A stretch of DNA of 32,000 nt from an uncultured Lentisphaeria bacterium (GTDB taxonomy: Bacteria; Verrucomicrobiota; Lentisphaeria; JABSQK01; JAJFLO01). Each line of letters opens with the position of its first letter. Position 1 is the stretch's first letter. The notes under the pieces were generated by a model that saw nothing but the letters and a program-made list of their open reading frames with translations, did not search any database and was not told the origin of the DNA. Of the stretch, positions 20,551 through 29,922 are shown one piece after another. The translations under genes were made by a program, and so were the position numbers. The DNA lies in assembly GCA_951812855.1 (NCBI GenBank), contig OX638337.1:1830001-1862000 (forward strand), given 5' to 3'.

Positions 20551-20643
20551 TTACTAGCATTCATTATGCAAACACAGATTTTGAGGGTTATGCTGCTTTC
20601 AGTTTTGCCTAAATCAATTATTGAATAATGGACAGATATTATT

Positions 20644-21579
20644 ATGCCTGATTCGGAGAATATTATCCAGCCAGTAACCTATAGTCCCTGGCTGCATCGG
20701 TATATTATTTTAGTTGTATTTGTAACAGGTATTTTGATTTATGCGGGTGGATTGGTGACAACATTAGGTGCAGGTTTAGCCGTTCCGGATTGGCCATTAT
20801 CTTTCGGGTCTCTGAATCCATCAGGATGGTGGCGTCAGCCTATGGTACGGGAGGAACATTCGCATCGTTTAATCGGTGCGACTGTGGGATTTCTAACCCT
20901 GGCAATGGCAATTTGGATTTATTTAAAGGAAAAATCCAAACATCTTCGTTTCCTGGGTGGTCTTGCGTTAATTATGGTAATTATTCAGGGGATATTCGGA
21001 GGGTTACGGGTTATCGACAAAAATATCTATTTTGCAATGGTGCATGCGTGTTTGGCACAAGTGTTTTTTTGTACGCTTGTTACGTTGATGTGGATTTCAT
21101 CAGACCGCTGGATTACAGGTGATTCAGGTTGTTTTAAAAGTTATACAAAAAAGCAAAGGAGAATTGCAGTTATTGTTTTTTCGCTTGTGGTTTTACAGTT
21201 GATTATCGGAGCCGTTATGCGCCATAGCGGTGCTGGTTTGGCAATTCCAACGTTCCCCCTGGTTTTTGATGGTATTTTTCCAAAGCAATGGAGTTTTGAT
21301 GTTGGAATTCATTACTGCCACCGTGTCCTTGCGTTTCTCATTTTTCTTCACGTCTTAATCCAGTGGATCGGTTTTCGCGGCCAGCCATTCTCACCAGTAT
21401 CGGTATTTATCTATTTGACTGGTTGTCTGGTCGTTTTTCAGATTTTTCTGGGTGGTACGATTATCATTACAGGAAAGGGTATTGTTCCAACAAATCTACA
21501 TGTGTTAACGGGAGCCTTTCTCTTTGCATTAACATTTTCAACCCTTCTTTGGCAGAATCGTGAATTCATTAAAAATTAG
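20644..21579 (+). CDS. ctaA: COX15/CtaA family protein (heme A synthase-like), polytopic membrane protein
   Basis: Contains GGLVTTLGAGLAVPDWPLSFG, EHSHRLIG, VHACLAQ, MRHSGAGLA and HYCHRVLA. These are the duplicated His-containing helices typical of COX15/CtaA. About 8 hydrophobic segments. Confidence 0.85.
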   Translation: MPDSENIIQPVTYSPWLHRYIILVVFVTGILIYAGGLVTTLGAGLAVPDWPLSFGSLNPSGWWRQPMVREEHSHRLIGATVGFLTLAMAIWIYLKEKSKHLRFLGGLALIMVIIQGIFGGLRVIDKNIYFAMVHACLAQVFFCTLVTLMWISSDRWITGDSGCFKSYTKKQRRIAVIVFSLVVLQLIIGAVMRHSGAGLAIPTFPLVFDGIFPKQWSFDVGIHYCHRVLAFLIFLHVLIQWIGFRGQPFSPVSVFIYLTGCLVVFQIFLGGTIIITGKGIVPTNLHVLTGAFLFALTFSTLLWQNREFIKN

Positions 21580-23791
21580 GCAATTATTTATTTTCATGCC
21601 GGGCATTTTATTTATTTCGGTTTTTTCATTCGAAATATTTGCTTCAACTCATGTCAATAAAATTAACCGTCCCGGGAAAGCTGAGGGTATCATCGCTAAA
21701 GTTGTCGTAGAGTTGATATCAAAAAAGCATTTTTCTCATAAAAAGTTAAATGATGACATATCTGAACAACTTTTCACTACTTACTTTACCTCGTTAGATC
21801 CGCAAAAATTGTATTTTGTACAATCTGATCTGGATCAATACTCAGATTATAAATTTATTTTAGATAACTCGCTTGCTCATGGGCAGGTTGAGTTTGCTTA
21901 TAAGGTTTTTGATACATTTGTCCAACGCGTTGATGAACGTGTTCAGTTTGTTGGGAAATTACTAAACAGCGCCTTTGATTTTTCCAGGGAGGATGAGTTG
22001 TTGATTGAACGAAAGAAAGCACAATGGTGCGTTGATACGAAAGAACTTGACAGCTTATGGACATTACGGCTAAAAAATGACTTACTGAATAGGGTTTTGA
22101 AAATTCATGACAGTAAAGAGGAATCGAAAGGGTCTAAGATAGAGAGAGTCAGACGAATCATTGAGTCGAAAGATTATAAAGGAATCACTATCAAAGAATT
22201 ATCGCCTGAAATCACCTATGAAAAAATGTTTTCACCCCATCGGAATTATCTTTCTCGGTTGAGGAATAGAGAGAGTATTGATATTCTTGAAAAATTTTTA
22301 ACCACGTTATCAAAGCTTTACGATCCTTATTCTGCGTATATGGCTCCAAAAACTAAAGAGGATTTTGATATTTCGATGAAATTGTCTTTGGAAGGCATTG
22401 GTGCAAGATTGAAGGAAGTGAACGGGGAGATTGTTGTTAATAATATTATGGTTGGAGGTGCAGCCTATAGAGATGGCCGGCTAAAAGAAAGAGATCGTGT
22501 AATTGCCGTTAGTCAGGATGGGGTAGAGTTTACTGGCGTGGAATCAATGTCATTAAGGAATGTAATTGGCATGATTCGGGGTCCTGTGGGAAGTCATGTA
22601 TTTCTCAAAGTAACAGCAAAGGGTGACGATGAGAATAACGTCCGCACAATCGAGATTATAAGAGACGTAATTGATCTTAAGGATCGTGAAGCAACACTAT
22701 TTAAAAAACATGTTGTCCCGGAAGATGACGATGTGTTCAGTAATACAGAGATGAACGTCAATCTTCTGGATGGCCAGGGTATTGATATTGGAATTATAAT
22801 GTTACCTTCGTTTTACACTGATTTTGACAACCGCGATCTGGGAGTCGGAGAATTTAGAAGTGCCTCTCAAGACGTATTAAATTTACTGAAAGATGCTGAT
22901 GCAGACGCTGTATCCGGAGTTATTGTGGATTTACGTTCAAATCGTGGAGGCAGTCTTGATGAGGCTGTAAAATTGGCGGGTTTGTTTATCAATAAAGGTC
23001 CTGTAGTACAGGTCAAATATGCAAATGGCAGGAAAAAAGTATTAGCTGACAAGGATGATAAGTCATACTATGATGGACCCTTGATCGTTTTAGTTGACCG
23101 ATATAGTGCTTCCGCGTCAGAAATATTTTCAGCAGCTATTCAGGATTATAACCGCGGAATTATTATTGGAGATAAATCCACTCATGGTAAGGGTACGATT
23201 CAAATGCTCCATGAATTGGATGACCGACTGAGAAACAGAATGATATTTAAAAATAAATCCACCGGAACTTTAAAACTGACAACAGGAAAGTTCTATCGAG
23301 TCAACGGCAGCTCAACTCAACATGACGGAGTGAGGCCGGATATTATATTTCCATCCGTCAGAGATTATCATACGGCGGGGGAACGATTTTTAGACCATGC
23401 CTTGCCATGGGATAAAATTGAATCGTTAACTATTGATAAGTTCCATAACTATAGCAAGATACAGAATTATTTAGTTGATACGATGAAATTAAAGATCGCA
23501 GAAGGCTTAAAGTTCAATGAAATTGTCAATGCTGTAAATGAATATGATAATTTTAAGAAAAATAAAATTGTACCATTGAATTATCTAAAGCGTAAATATT
23601 ATGAAAAGCGTAAAAAAACACTGTTAAATAATGTGAAACGTTATAAAGAAAAACAGAGAACGAGAAATCAATTATCAAAAAATGACTGGCTGCTGAACGA
23701 GGCAATGAATTGTTTAGCAATTTTAGTCAAACTTCATGAGAAAAATCTTCACTCATTGAGCTATCAAGATATTGATAGACAAAATAATTAA
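21560..23791 (+). CDS. prc: Carboxy-terminal processing (tail-specific) protease, peptidase S41, Prc/Tsp-like
   Basis: N-terminal signal-like segment, Tsp N-domain (LDPQKLYFVQSD), PDZ (LEGIGARL...VGGAAYRDGRLKERDRV), and S41 core DLRSNRGGSL, YSASASEIF, THGKGT. The GTG start at 21560 overlaps the ctaA 3' end by 20 nt; an alternative ATG lies at 21596. Confidence 0.9.
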   Translation: MNSLKIRQLFIFMPGILFISVFSFEIFASTHVNKINRPGKAEGIIAKVVVELISKKHFSHKKLNDDISEQLFTTYFTSLDPQKLYFVQSDLDQYSDYKFILDNSLAHGQVEFAYKVFDTFVQRVDERVQFVGKLLNSAFDFSREDELLIERKKAQWCVDTKELDSLWTLRLKNDLLNRVLKIHDSKEESKGSKIERVRRIIESKDYKGITIKELSPEITYEKMFSPHRNYLSRLRNRESIDILEKFLTTLSKLYDPYSAYMAPKTKEDFDISMKLSLEGIGARLKEVNGEIVVNNIMVGGAAYRDGRLKERDRVIAVSQDGVEFTGVESMSLRNVIGMIRGPVGSHVFLKVTAKGDDENNVRTIEIIRDVIDLKDREATLFKKHVVPEDDDVFSNTEMNVNLLDGQGIDIGIIMLPSFYTDFDNRDLGVGEFRSASQDVLNLLKDADADAVSGVIVDLRSNRGGSLDEAVKLAGLFINKGPVVQVKYANGRKKVLADKDDKSYYDGPLIVLVDRYSASASEIFSAAIQDYNRGIIIGDKSTHGKGTIQMLHELDDRLRNRMIFKNKSTGTLKLTTGKFYRVNGSSTQHDGVRPDIIFPSVRDYHTAGERFLDHALPWDKIESLTIDKFHNYSKIQNYLVDTMKLKIAEGLKFNEIVNAVNEYDNFKKNKIVPLNYLKRKYYEKRKKTLLNNVKRYKEKQRTRNQLSKNDWLLNEAMNCLAILVKLHEKNLHSLSYQDIDRQNN

Positions 23792-23811
23792 GTCTTTGGT
23801 TTTTATACACT

Positions 23812-24765
23812 ATGGAATATCAAACCAATCATGTTAAAAAACGATCTTTAAGGGATTATTTTCAGATATCATTATGTGGGTTTGCAATGGGAGCTGCTGA
23901 CGTCGTTCCCGGTGTGTCCGGCGGTACAATTGCATTTCTGTTGGGAATCTATGAAGAATTAGTGAACTCAATTCGGTTATTGTCAGAACCCGGAAATATT
24001 AAGTTGCTTGTCACATTTAAATTTACTAAGTTCCTTGAGGTTATTCCCTGGAAATTTTTGACAGCACTTTTATCCGGTATTTTAATCGCGGTGTTTTCGT
24101 TAGCAAAAGTTTTTAAGGTATTGTTAGAAAATCATCCAGAATCAGTGTGGTCGTTTTTTTTCGGATTAATTGCAGCATCAATCATTATTGTAACTCGCAG
24201 ACTGAAAGACCGGGGGACAAAAACTATCGTCAGCATAATTATTGGCGGCGTCCCTGCCTATTGGATAATCGGACTTGTACCCGTATCAACACCCGATCAA
24301 CCCTGGTTTTTGTTTTTATGTGGTTTTATTGCTGTATGTGCTATGATTTTACCCGGAATTTCAGGTTCATTTCTACTGGTGATATTAGGAAAATATACTT
24401 ATATCATTACAGCTGTTACAAATTTTGATTTTGTAACCTTATTCACTGTTGCGTTCGGATGTCTCATAGGAATTATCAGTTTTGCGAGGGTTTTAAGTTG
24501 GTTGTTTCTAAACTGTCATAATCAAACGATCGCTATTCTAATTGGTTTGATGATTGGTTCTTTAAGAAAAATATGGCCATGGAAAGTTACCGCAAAAGAG
24601 ATATTGGATCGGCATAATAACCTGGTTCCAATAGAACAGCATAATGTATGGCCGTATGGCGATTATCTTTCCGATTTTATTTTGGCGATTCTGGGTTTTA
24701 TGGCTGTAATGAGTATGGATTATTTTGCATCAAAAAAAGAAGAGAACAGTATATCAGCATCATAA
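23812..24765 (+). CDS. DUF368 family membrane protein
   Basis: Duplicated signature VPGVSGGTIAFLLGIYEEL and LPGISGSFLLVILGKY within a polytopic membrane protein of 317 aa. Confidence 0.88.
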   Translation: MEYQTNHVKKRSLRDYFQISLCGFAMGAADVVPGVSGGTIAFLLGIYEELVNSIRLLSEPGNIKLLVTFKFTKFLEVIPWKFLTALLSGILIAVFSLAKVFKVLLENHPESVWSFFFGLIAASIIIVTRRLKDRGTKTIVSIIIGGVPAYWIIGLVPVSTPDQPWFLFLCGFIAVCAMILPGISGSFLLVILGKYTYIITAVTNFDFVTLFTVAFGCLIGIISFARVLSWLFLNCHNQTIAILIGLMIGSLRKIWPWKVTAKEILDRHNNLVPIEQHNVWPYGDYLSDFILAILGFMAVMSMDYFASKKEENSISAS

Positions 24766-24844
24766 TTTCTCATGTGATGGTATATTATGACCCTTGTTTC
24801 GGCGGGGATAATTACGGTTCAAATTTTAATTGTGAAAATTTATT

Positions 24845-26674
24845 ATGTCTAAAACTTATACAAACTGCGATGTTATCATTATTGGCGGCGGTCATGCCGG
24901 ATGTGAAGCCGCTTTAGCCTCGGCTCGAATTGGGGCAAAGACAATGATGATCACAATGAACCTTGATCATATTGCCCAAATGTCATGCAATCCTGCTATT
25001 GGTGGTATTGCGAAAGGGCAAGTTGTACGGGAAATTGATGCACTCGGTGGCGAAATGGGGAAAAATACTGATGCCACAGCAATTCAGTTCAGAATGTTAA
25101 ATCAATCTAAAGGTCCTGCTGTTTGGTCTCCCCGGGCTCAATGCGACAAGGTATTGTACCAGCGTCGAATGAAACAGCTCATCGAAATACAGCCAAACCT
25201 ATTTGTACACCAGGCAGAAGTTGTACAACTAAGGCATAATAAAAAGAAAATAACAGGTGTTTTGACGCATTTTGATGAAATTTACAATGCCAAATCAGTT
25301 GTTATATGTACAGGAACATTTTTGTGTGGATTACTTCATTTTGGTTCGAAAACTTTTCAGGGAGGCAGAGCCGGCGATCTTGCTGCAATCGAATTATCAA
25401 AATGCTTAACTCAAGAACTTGATTTGAAGATCGGTCGGCTGAAAACCGGTACACCTCCGAGAGTCAACGGGCGTACAATAGATTTTTCCCAAATGATTGA
25501 ACAGCCGAGTGACTTCAATTCACATTTTACTCATTGGCCCGGCGAAATTTGTAAAGTTCGATCGATTGCACCTGAACAATTACCTCAACGTCCCTGCTAT
25601 TTGGTAAAGTCCACGAGTAAAACACGGGATATTGTTCTGGATAATATAGAAAAATCTCCGATGTATAATGGTAAAATAAAGTCGATCGGTCCGCGTTACT
25701 GTCCATCATTTGAAGATAAAGTCATGAGATTTCCTCATCATGAAACCCATCAGATCTATTTAGAACCTGAAGGTATTTTTACAGAAGAATTTTATTTGAA
25801 TGGAATATCAACCAGCCTTCCCGCAGACGTTCAATGGAAAATGGTGAGATCTCTGCCAGGTTTGGAAAATGCAGAAATTGCCCGCTATGCTTATGCGGTT
25901 GAATATGACTTTGTTCTACCTCACCAACTGAAAAGTTCCCTGGCTGTTAAAAACTGGCCAAATCTGTTCCTGGCGGGCCAGATTAATGGTACGACAGGTT
26001 ATGAAGAAGCTGCCGGACAAGGGATAATTGCCGGAATTAATGCATCCCGTTCAGCCCTGGGAGATGAAAAACAATTGATATTAGGCCGGGATCAGGCATA
26101 CATTGGTGTACTTATAGATGATCTGGTAACCAAAGATATTATTGAACCGTATCGATTATTTACCAGTCGGGCAGAATATAGATTACTCTTGCGTCAGGAT
26201 AATGCATGCCGGCGTCTTTCAAAAATAGGTAACGACCTTGGTTTGCTTTCAAAGGAATTATATAAAGATGTTATTAAGCTTGAGAAAAATTTGGAACAAG
26301 CCCGCAACTGTCTTGAGAAGACGAAGCAAAAGGGAGACAGCCTCTGGATGCTCCTCCGGAAAAAACAACTTAATTTTGAAGATGTCGACGAAATTCGACA
26401 CTATTCTGCGGAGGTTATTCGTCAGCTGGAAATAGAGGCTCATTACGATGGTTATATTCAGCAGGAAATTTCACAGGCGGCATCGTTGAAGAAATTAGAC
26501 GAATGGAAAATTCCCGGGAATTTCACATATGATATGCTGGGTTTGCGAAACGAAGCACGGTCAAAGCTAAGAGTTGTGCAACCTGACACGTTGGCACAGG
26601 CAGCCAGAATAGATGGAGTAACTCCAGCGGAAATCGCATTGCTTCAGGTTCACCTGAAGCGACGGGTCAGTTAA
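24845..26674 (+). CDS. mnmG: tRNA uridine 5-carboxymethylaminomethyl modification enzyme MnmG (GidA)
   Basis: DVIIIGGGHAGCEAA FAD-binding site, plus QMSCNPAIGG, KTGTPPR, GPRYCPSFEDK, FLAGQINGTTGYEEAAGQG and AEYRLLLRQDNA. Confidence 0.97.
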   Translation: MSKTYTNCDVIIIGGGHAGCEAALASARIGAKTMMITMNLDHIAQMSCNPAIGGIAKGQVVREIDALGGEMGKNTDATAIQFRMLNQSKGPAVWSPRAQCDKVLYQRRMKQLIEIQPNLFVHQAEVVQLRHNKKKITGVLTHFDEIYNAKSVVICTGTFLCGLLHFGSKTFQGGRAGDLAAIELSKCLTQELDLKIGRLKTGTPPRVNGRTIDFSQMIEQPSDFNSHFTHWPGEICKVRSIAPEQLPQRPCYLVKSTSKTRDIVLDNIEKSPMYNGKIKSIGPRYCPSFEDKVMRFPHHETHQIYLEPEGIFTEEFYLNGISTSLPADVQWKMVRSLPGLENAEIARYAYAVEYDFVLPHQLKSSLAVKNWPNLFLAGQINGTTGYEEAAGQGIIAGINASRSALGDEKQLILGRDQAYIGVLIDDLVTKDIIEPYRLFTSRAEYRLLLRQDNACRRLSKIGNDLGLLSKELYKDVIKLEKNLEQARNCLEKTKQKGDSLWMLLRKKQLNFEDVDEIRHYSAEVIRQLEIEAHYDGYIQQEISQAASLKKLDEWKIPGNFTYDMLGLRNEARSKLRVVQPDTLAQAARIDGVTPAEIALLQVHLKRRVS

Positions 26675-26675
26675 A

Positions 26676-27383
26676 TTATGGATTGTCTGTACTGAAAGTT
26701 AATATTTTTTCGCGAAGATCCTGCACCGTTTTTGGCACATTTCCCGATTCTGTAATCCCGGATATAACGGCTATTTTTCTGGCACCTTTTTCCAAAACAT
26801 TCCCTATATTATCCATATTAATCCCCCCCATAACAGTGAAGGGGATTGTAATATGGGAGCAAATACTGGTAATTACGTCAGGTCCGAGATATTCGTCACT
26901 GTCGCCTTTGGTCCGGGTTGGAAATATCGGACCGATATTAATATAATCTGCCCCTGTATTTTGGGCAAGTAAGGCTTCGTGCAGCGTATGAGTTGAACCA
27001 CCAACGATTTTATCAGGCATCAATTTCTGAGCAACGGTAATCGGCATATCTTCCTGACCGAGGTGAACGCCATCTGCATCTACAGCCATTGCGATATCAA
27101 TATGATCATTAATAATCAACAGAACATTCGATTTTCTGCATATTGTTTGGATTTTTTTAGCTTTTTCAAATAATACACTGGGTTTAGAAATCTTATCTCG
27201 AAACTGAATGATTTTTGCTCCACCTTCAATAACTGACCGTACAATTTCTTCATCATTTCGACTTCGTGATCTTTGTTCACAGGTGACTGGATAGATATCT
27301 ATTTCATTAAATGCAGCCAACCTGCGTGCCTTGGCTGGATTCATTTTGCTCAAACCCATAATTTGAGTCCCTGTTTTTGTCAT
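26676..27383 (-). CDS. thiE: Thiamine-phosphate synthase
   Basis: GAKIIQFRDK, DGVHLGQEDMP, GGSTHTL, ADYINIGPIFPTRTK and FTVMGGIN match ThiE. The stop lies 1 nt from the convergent mnmG stop. The true start may be an internal Met; the N-terminus is about 20 aa longer than usual. Confidence 0.9.
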   Translation of the reverse strand: MTKTGTQIMGLSKMNPAKARRLAAFNEIDIYPVTCEQRSRSRNDEEIVRSVIEGGAKIIQFRDKISKPSVLFEKAKKIQTICRKSNVLLIINDHIDIAMAVDADGVHLGQEDMPITVAQKLMPDKIVGGSTHTLHEALLAQNTGADYINIGPIFPTRTKGDSDEYLGPDVITSICSHITIPFTVMGGINMDNIGNVLEKGARKIAVISGITESGNVPKTVQDLREKILTFSTDNP

Positions 27384-27432
27384 AACTGAGCCAGACTCTC
27401 TATATAATTATTGGACGTTACCAAAATATATA

Positions 27433-28215
27433 TTAATTCCTGCCAACTATCCCTGCCAATGGACTTGACGCCTCTGCAACCCGCTGTTCTGATGAAGGTC
27501 GGGATAAAAATGCCAATCTTCCCGCTGTGACAGCATCTTTGAACGCCTGTGCCATTGACGCGGGATTCCCGGCATGAGCAATTGCAGTATTAACCAGCAC
27601 TGCGTCAGCACCGATTTCCATTGCTTCTGCTGCATGAGATGGTAATCCTAAACCCGCATCTACAATTACAGGTATTGATGATTGTTCAATAATAATTTCA
27701 ATTGATGATCGTGTTAATATCCCCCGTTTACTGCCGATTGGAGAGCCTAATGGCATTACCGCTGCTGTACCAATGTCTTCCAGCTGTTTTGCAAGTATAG
27801 GATCTGCTTGAATATAGGGTAAAACGATAAATCCTTCTTTGATAAGTAATTTTGATGCTTTCAATGTTTCAATCGCGTCAGGAAGTAAATATTTAGGATC
27901 AGGAATTACCTCCAGTTTAACAAAATTCTGGTTGCTGGCAGCTTGACCAAGTCGTGCAATACGTATTGCTTCTTCCGCATTTCGTGCACCGGCAGTATTG
28001 GGTAAAAAATGATATTTGGAAAAATCTAAATGGCTTAATATACTTGAGTCTTCATTATTGAAATCTACCCTGCGAATGGCGACGGTGACCATATCAGTTT
28101 CTGATGCAATAATTGCAGAAAGCATTTCATCACTTGACCTGTATTTCCCGGTGCCGACAAATAATCGAGACCCAAACTCAATGTCAGCAATTTTTAATCT
28201 ATCTCTAGATATCAT
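27433..28215 (-). CDS. thiG: Thiazole synthase
   Basis: FVGTGKY, FVKLEVIPD, LPYI..DP, VMPLGSPIGS and VDAGLGLPSHAAEAMEIGADAVLVNTAIA are canonical ThiG. Confidence 0.95.
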   Translation of the reverse strand: MISRDRLKIADIEFGSRLFVGTGKYRSSDEMLSAIIASETDMVTVAIRRVDFNNEDSSILSHLDFSKYHFLPNTAGARNAEEAIRIARLGQAASNQNFVKLEVIPDPKYLLPDAIETLKASKLLIKEGFIVLPYIQADPILAKQLEDIGTAAVMPLGSPIGSKRGILTRSSIEIIIEQSSIPVIVDAGLGLPSHAAEAMEIGADAVLVNTAIAHAGNPASMAQAFKDAVTAGRLAFLSRPSSEQRVAEASSPLAGIVGRN

Positions 28216-28374
28216 TATTCCTGTCGTTTCCTGTCAAGCATTTATATGAAATTTTTTACAGAATAATTTCCCGAACGGCAAGTATTATATTCTATAATAT
28301 TATAAAATACTTACTGTTTTATTTAAAAATAAGTAAATCTCTTATGCCGATATCGTTCATTTTCTTTTACATAG

Positions 28375-29217
28375 TTAAGTAATTTGCCGAATAAGACCAG
28401 TCAGTACATTGCCCGGACCTGTTTCCTTAAACTCAGCCTCACCTAATTGTAGCAAATACTGTATGCTTTCAGTCCAGCGAACCGGATTGGACATTTGGTT
28501 TGCCAGAGTATCATGAATCAGGTCAGATTCATAAGGTATTGCTTTAAAATTTGAAATCACCGGCACTTGTGGAGAATTAAACTCAAATTGGCCGATATAG
28601 TCACTGAATTCTGTTTGTGCCTGTCTCATTAAACATGAATGAAAAGCACCACTGACGTTAAGCCTTATAACCAGTCGTGCTCCTGCATGTTTAATTCTTG
28701 GCATAAGCAATTTAATGTCATCAGTCCTGCCCGAAATTACAGTTTGTTTTGGTGAGTTGTAATTAGCAATATTTACCGATGTTACGTCATTATCCAAAAT
28801 GATATTTTCAATTGATGAACAATCCAGACCAATTACTGCGGCCATACTGCCATTCTGAGACTTGCTCATTAATTCACCTCTCTTTTTGACAATCTTCAAA
28901 CCTGTCTCAAAATCGAAAACACCGGCAGCGAGTAGGGCATTTAATTCTCCGAGTGAATGACCGGCAATAAAATCTGGTATGTTTTCATTCACCTCGGTCT
29001 CATGTTTATACATCAGTTCGTTGACAACGAACAGTGCAGGCTGGGTATATTCTGTTTTTACTAATAATTCGTCAGGATCTTCGATACATAATTCTTGAAT
29101 TGAAAATCCCAAAATTGAATCCGAAATTTCTGTTAATTCCGGGAATTTCTTAAAAAGGTCAGCACCCATTCCTTTTCGCTGTGAACCCTGGCCCGGGAAA
29201 ACAAAAACTGATATCAT
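28375..29217 (-). CDS. fabD: Malonyl-CoA:ACP transacylase-like acyltransferase (FabD family), 280 aa
   Basis: FVFPGQGSQRKGMG, GHSLGE (active-site Ser), VSGAFHS and NPVRWTES are present. No other fab or acp genes occur in the window. Confidence 0.8.
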   Translation of the reverse strand: MISVFVFPGQGSQRKGMGADLFKKFPELTEISDSILGFSIQELCIEDPDELLVKTEYTQPALFVVNELMYKHETEVNENIPDFIAGHSLGELNALLAAGVFDFETGLKIVKKRGELMSKSQNGSMAAVIGLDCSSIENIILDNDVTSVNIANYNSPKQTVISGRTDDIKLLMPRIKHAGARLVIRLNVSGAFHSCLMRQAQTEFSDYIGQFEFNSPQVPVISNFKAIPYESDLIHDTLANQMSNPVRWTESIQYLLQLGEAEFKETGPGNVLTGLIRQIT

Positions 29218-29399
29218 AGTAATTATCCTAAGTTAAGTTTACGCAAGACAAAAAATGTTACTCTCTTTTACCTAATACTTATACAAGTGAGTTAGAATTA
29301 AATTTTATTACAACATATTACATATGCTGAGTAATACTATAAAACATCATTCCGGGTTTATAAATACTCTATTTAATTCACCTATACTGAGGATATGAA

Positions 29400-29699
29400 A
29401 TGGTTAATCTCTTTTTAGTTCAGCACGGACCTGCACTAAGCAAAAACGAGGATCCAGGCAGACCACTGAGTAATACAGCTATTGAGGCGGTGCAAAAAAT
29501 CGGCAAGTTCTTAATGTCATCATTTCAGGTAAAATCTGAGGTCATTTACCATAGTCCAAAACTACATGCGAAACAAACCGCTACAACTTTAAATCGTACG
29601 ATGAATGTTGCAGTACCGCTTATAGAATCGCCTTATCTCAATCCAATGGACGATATAAACCGCAGGCAGTTGACCGCCACAGAATACATAAAGCGATAA
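29400..29699 (+). pseudogene. SixA-like histidine-phosphatase-superfamily gene, 3'-truncated, with substituted catalytic residues
   Basis: Aligns by eye to the SixA N-terminal two-thirds: LFLVQHGPA versus the RHG motif (Arg to Gln); RPL; YHSPKLHAKQT versus SP.LRA.QT (Arg to His). The ORF stops at 99 aa, whereas the family is usually about 150-165 aa with a C-terminal His motif. Composition changes right after the stop. Confidence 0.5.
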
Positions 29700-29700
29700 A

Positions 29701-29867
29701 TAACAGTAATGGTCGCAGCAGCCATGAAAGAACCACTTTTCCCGGTTGCCGTGCAAGTCGATATCTGTTGGGTCAACATCCTCGTGAATCAGGGCATTGG
29801 CAATCCCGACACAATATTTCGAGAGCTTGCGATTATCGAACCGGGTCCTGGCTTCTTTAAATTCCAA
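29701..29867 (-). other. Unassigned GC-richer coding-like fragment downstream of hsdS, cut at the junction with host DNA
   Basis: The minus-frame reads (L)EFKEARTRFDNRKLSKYCVGIANALIHEDVDPTDIDLHGNREKW, then runs into AT-rich antisense of the sixA-like gene. It has a TTG start only, and I recognise no family. Confidence 0.25.
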
Positions 29868-29922
29868 ACGTGATGTTCGGTCCGAGCCGATAGCCGGAGA
29901 TCAATTTGTTAAAGACCGGTCG

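Noticed and set aside
28216-28374. TPP (THI-box) riboswitch or a thiS gene upstream of thiG.
   Set aside because: The conserved THI-box core is not visible on the coding strand, and the only small ORF has 13 codons. This still deserves a covariance-model check.
29778-29801. ANALIHED in the unassigned fragment resembles the RNxLIHEY HEPN (DUF86/HepT) motif.
   Set aside because: The essential Arg of Rx4-6H is Ala, the surrounding similarity is weak, and the fragment is too short. There is not enough evidence for a call.
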